Source of the DNA: Octopus sinensis
Taxonomy: Eukaryota
DNA: 64,000 bases
Reading direction: 5' to 3'
NCBI RefSeq assembly: GCF_006345805.1
Contig: NC_043000.1
Coordinates: forward strand, 80,662,001 to 80,726,000
Below, piece by piece: positions 60,560 to 64,000 of this stretch; positions within the stretch are counted from its first letter, which is position 1, and the number at the start of each line of letters is the position of its first letter. Position numbers and translations under genes: made by a program. The notes under the pieces were generated by a model. That model was not told the DNA's origin. It worked only from the letters and a program-made list of their open reading frames with translations, and ran no database searches.

Positions 60560-63100
60560 AATTAGTAGCACCAGTTCCCTGAAGCTACTGGATTTTTGCT
60601 GTATATAAAAATGGATTAGCTGCTTCTTTCTCTGAGATTGTTTAAATGATGTAAACTCCTGTGGGACTGATCCTGATTTCCAGATTAAGGAGAAGAGTTT
60701 ACAAGAGATAATGGTGTCATTGAGACCCAAAGGTGTCAGGTAATGCTGAATAAGTGCTATAGACAGACCATAGTTAAGTTCCAGATTTGGTAATTTTACG
60801 AATAAGGGTTTCAACGTTGGTCCTTTGTCAGCGTGTGTATATAAGAATTTTTGCATTATAAGATAGAAAAACCAAGGCTGTGTAGATATTAGAGCATTTA
60901 TCTATAAATGCTCTAATATCTACACATTTGATGAAGCGACTGACAGTTCTTTAAGGACAGACCTCTGTGGTACGTTGATGATCATCATCAACAATTGAGA
61001 CTTCAAGTTCTTCTTCATCAACAACTGAGTCTATATTCAGAACATCTGAAAAGTGCTCTTCCCAGTGCTTCATAATCTCCTTTTTATCTGTCAGAAGATT
61101 ACCCTCAGCTGAAAGTACAGGAGTTGAGCCACCAAACACAGGTCAAAAAACATCCTTTAAATTCTGGTCTAATGATCTGGAGTCACATCTTTCCACGGCA
61201 ACTTGCAATTCCTGTGCCTTCCTTTGCCACCATATCTGTTTCATTTGCCTCAGTTGAGACTGGCATGTATTTCTGGCCTTTTAAAAATCATTTTTTTGTG
61301 GCATCATTTCTATTTGATATCCATTGGCAGTGGCACTTGTGCATATTGTTCAAAAGAGGAGAGATGTTTGGATCATTTGAGTCAAACCAATTTTGCTACT
61401 TCCTCTTAACATACCTAAGTGTTTCACAAGATGACTCAAATAGAGCATTTTAAAAGCAGGCTACACTGATTCAATATCTATGTTGTCTGAGATGCTAGCA
61501 AGTTTTTTGTCACAGGTTGCTTGAAATGAGGTTAAATTGTTATTGTTCCTCAGCAAAGCTGAGTCACATTCACTTTCCGAATTGGTTGAGTGCAATTGCT
61601 ATGAATAGGACTGTGGATAGTAAAATTCACCTTTGATCATATTAGTCTATGGTCAGACAAACACTCCCCAATGGAGAAAGAACATGTTACTTGGACAGCT
61701 TCCCTCATGGAAGACCTCACAATTATGTAATCAATGAGGTAATAATGGTTTGATCAGGGATGCCTCCAGGTAATTTTGTAGTGGTTGAGAAGTTGGAAAC
61801 AGTATTAGTAATCAAAAGTCCATACTCACTGCAAACCGATAGTAGCAGATGGCTGTTTGAATTTGCCTTGCCAACCCCATGCTTCCCTATTACTTCACCC
61901 CATATAGATGTATAACATCCAGACGTACATTGAAAACACCAAGGAGGAGACGTTTATCATGGATGGGGACACCTCTCAACTAGTTACATAGATCAGAGTA
62001 GAACTGCTCTTTGGCTACTTCATCTGAGTTCATGGTTGGAGCATAGCAGTTGAAAATAGTTGCATATTTATTTTGCCACTGTAGATGCACAATGACATGA
62101 GTCTTTTGCTAATGCCAACAGGCAGAGATTCAAGTTGTTTCACCAGGTCATTCCAAATAGCAAACCCAATATCTGCCTCTTTCTTTACTTTCTGAGGTTT
62201 ACCCTTCCAGAAAAAAGTGTATCCACTATCAACTTTCTGTAGCTGAATACAGTCTGCTAATCTGGTTTCTGAAAGAGATGCTATTCCAATGTTTTTTTCC
62301 TTTGAAACACGAGCAACCAAAGTGGTCGTACATTCTATATTTTCTTGCTGTCCTAAAAAGTTCTGACATTCCAAGATGCAATAAAAAGGTTTTTTTGTTT
62401 TCAAATTACTTAATTTTCTGGTGCGGGTTTGGGTGTCCAGTCATTTGCACCTAATGACAAGGAGCAATACAAGTAAACAATTTTTAGATTGCATTTTCTT
62501 AACCCTTACTCCATAGCAGGAAGCAGTGTCATCCTAAACAGGGCTGCTTTGTTGTGAAAGGACATGAATTACACAATTACCCACAGATGTTGTGTAAAGT
62601 GGCCATCTATCTTTCACCACCTATGTGCAAAGTTCAAGCTGAGAACTTCCAGTGACATCCTTCACCTGTTCCCATCACTATCCCTTCATCATCATAAGAT
62701 TTTTCTGTTTTTTAGGTAGTGGGGTACACTGTCGTAATCAAATGGTGGTATTTCCTGATAGCATTTCACTGGCCTACCTACACATGGTTTTATTTATAGT
62801 GGTTATTGCTTGTGCAGCACAATGCACACTTTCTCCATCAAAAAATCATTTACCTGCACCGGTGTACAGTGTACCATGTGATAGATGCGAAATTGAGCGC
62901 AGATTTGAGATCAGAGAGGCCTTCTCCTAGTCTGATTGCTCAAAAGCTACAGAGCTCAAACCGCTCTATGAGTAAGTAGATGCTGATAGGGCACATCAGC
63001 TAAGGGAGCCATCAGCAACCACAAACCTGGTTTTATATCAGAGCTTTCCTTCTCCTAAATAAGTTGCCCTGACCATGGCTAAGGAGACTCCTCTGCCCCA
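60560..63100 (-). mobile_element. Decayed RTE-BovB-like LINE, 5' portion (5' UTR, APE, linker, start of RT)
   Basis: IASLSETRLAD..SGYTFFWKGKP..IGFAIWNDLV; LIDYIIVR..SDHRLI; LLTDKKEIMKHWEEHFSDVLN; LIWKSGSVPQEF; duplicated ctaggagaagg-like 5' UTR motif. Confidence 0.85.
60879..60926. other. Perfect palindrome, 23-bp arms and 2-nt centre
   Basis: tgtgtagatattagagcatttat-ct-ataaatgctctaatatctacaca. Confidence 0.95.
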
Positions 63101-63113
63101 TACATATATATAA

Positions 63114-63152
<39 letters not shown>

Positions 63153-63165
63153 CACATATATATAT

Positions 63166-64000
63166 ACTTCCGGTTTTCGTAGAGGAAAGATGCATTTGCT
63201 TTTGCTCTGTGAAAAAACAAAAAGCCTCTACTCCCCCTCTGGACTTCAAAATGAAGACGGCACCAAAGTGGGAAAAGAAAGAGTTAAATCTTCTGCTAAG
63301 AGCATGGACAATTGCTAGTGGCAATCCACGGAATAACATCATCACTGCCGTGCAAAAGAACAATGGATTTCATAGAACCATTGACCAAATAGAATGAAAA
63401 AAAGGTGAATTTATCCGGTCTTACATGCTTATAAGACCACATATCAAAACACTGGATAACAGTGAGGGAAGACAAGAAATGTCTCCCAGGAAAACAATCA
63501 GAAAAGAAGTGTGCTCCTCAGATATTCTGTGCGACGCAGCAGCTGAGCAAGAGTCTTTTTTGTGCATGGTGCAAAGGATTGTCAAGCAGCTAACCTGGTT
63601 GCACCTGGCACAGAGAAGGAACCCTGCCCACCACTATGCAAGACCACCACAGTCAACAGACACGGGATGGCCTCCCCTAACGCCTGCACAGCCATCACTC
63701 CAATACTTTTACTAAATATTGGGGGCCTGTTGCATCAAAATAGAAACAAAATTTCTTTCCTGAGAGATCTTACTGCATGCAATCAAGCCCTATGCATAGC
63801 ACTGGTGGAAACTCATCTCAGCCCTGATATAGAGAACACATCCCAGGTCTTAATGACATACTCAAATTTGGTATGTGACACTTTAATTGTATACATAAGA
63901 CAACATAATATAGTCATATGCAATACATATTGCCCACCGGATGCTCCATATCACATAGGCAAGTTTGAAGATCGCCTCACAAGAATTAAAGAAATCCTCA
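63166..64000 (+). mobile_element. 5' end of a CR1-like LINE: short leader, decayed ORF1 (Myb/SANT-like plus Cys/His motifs) and start of ORF2 APE; continues beyond the window
   Basis: ATG 63251 MKTAPKWEKKELNLLLRAW..GFHRTIDQIE*KK; frame open 63547-64000 with ILLLNIGGLLHQNRNKISFLRDL..CIALVETHLSPD..IVICNTYCPPD (APE). Confidence 0.8.

Overview
AT-rich, microsatellite-saturated eukaryotic DNA made almost entirely of transposable-element debris. The repeat families and (TA)n density look like an octopus (cephalopod) genome; this is inference from recognising the repeats, not a database match. I found no intact host protein-coding gene, rRNA, true tRNA or CRISPR array, so the window is probably intronic or intergenic. 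Most listed ORFs are microsatellite read-through or antisense to retroelements. Recognisable elements: several RTE/RTEX LINE copies with a PHD-type finger inside the RT ORF, RTE-BovB-like, CR1-like, L1/Tx1-like and R4/Dong-like LINE pieces, Penelope-like elements, at least three SINE families, Tc1 and mariner remnants, MITEs, non-autonomous Helitrons and a Helitron helicase fragment. Best candidates for a second look: (1) a 1.56-kb element with a 15-bp TSD, encoding only an L1/Tx1 ORF1-like protein (HAL1-like), inserted in a SINE head; (2) minimal hammerhead ribozymes in Penelope-like termini, one apparently intact; (3) a perfect 249-bp inverted duplication of a Helitron 3' end plus its flank; (4) short locally templated insertions and perfect hairpins, which may be real or assembly artefacts; (5) a CR1-like 5' end whose ORF1 starts with a Myb/SANT-like domain; (6) a SINE/CR1 shared 3' stem-loop with compensatory changes. 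Many element boundaries are approximate, read by eye.
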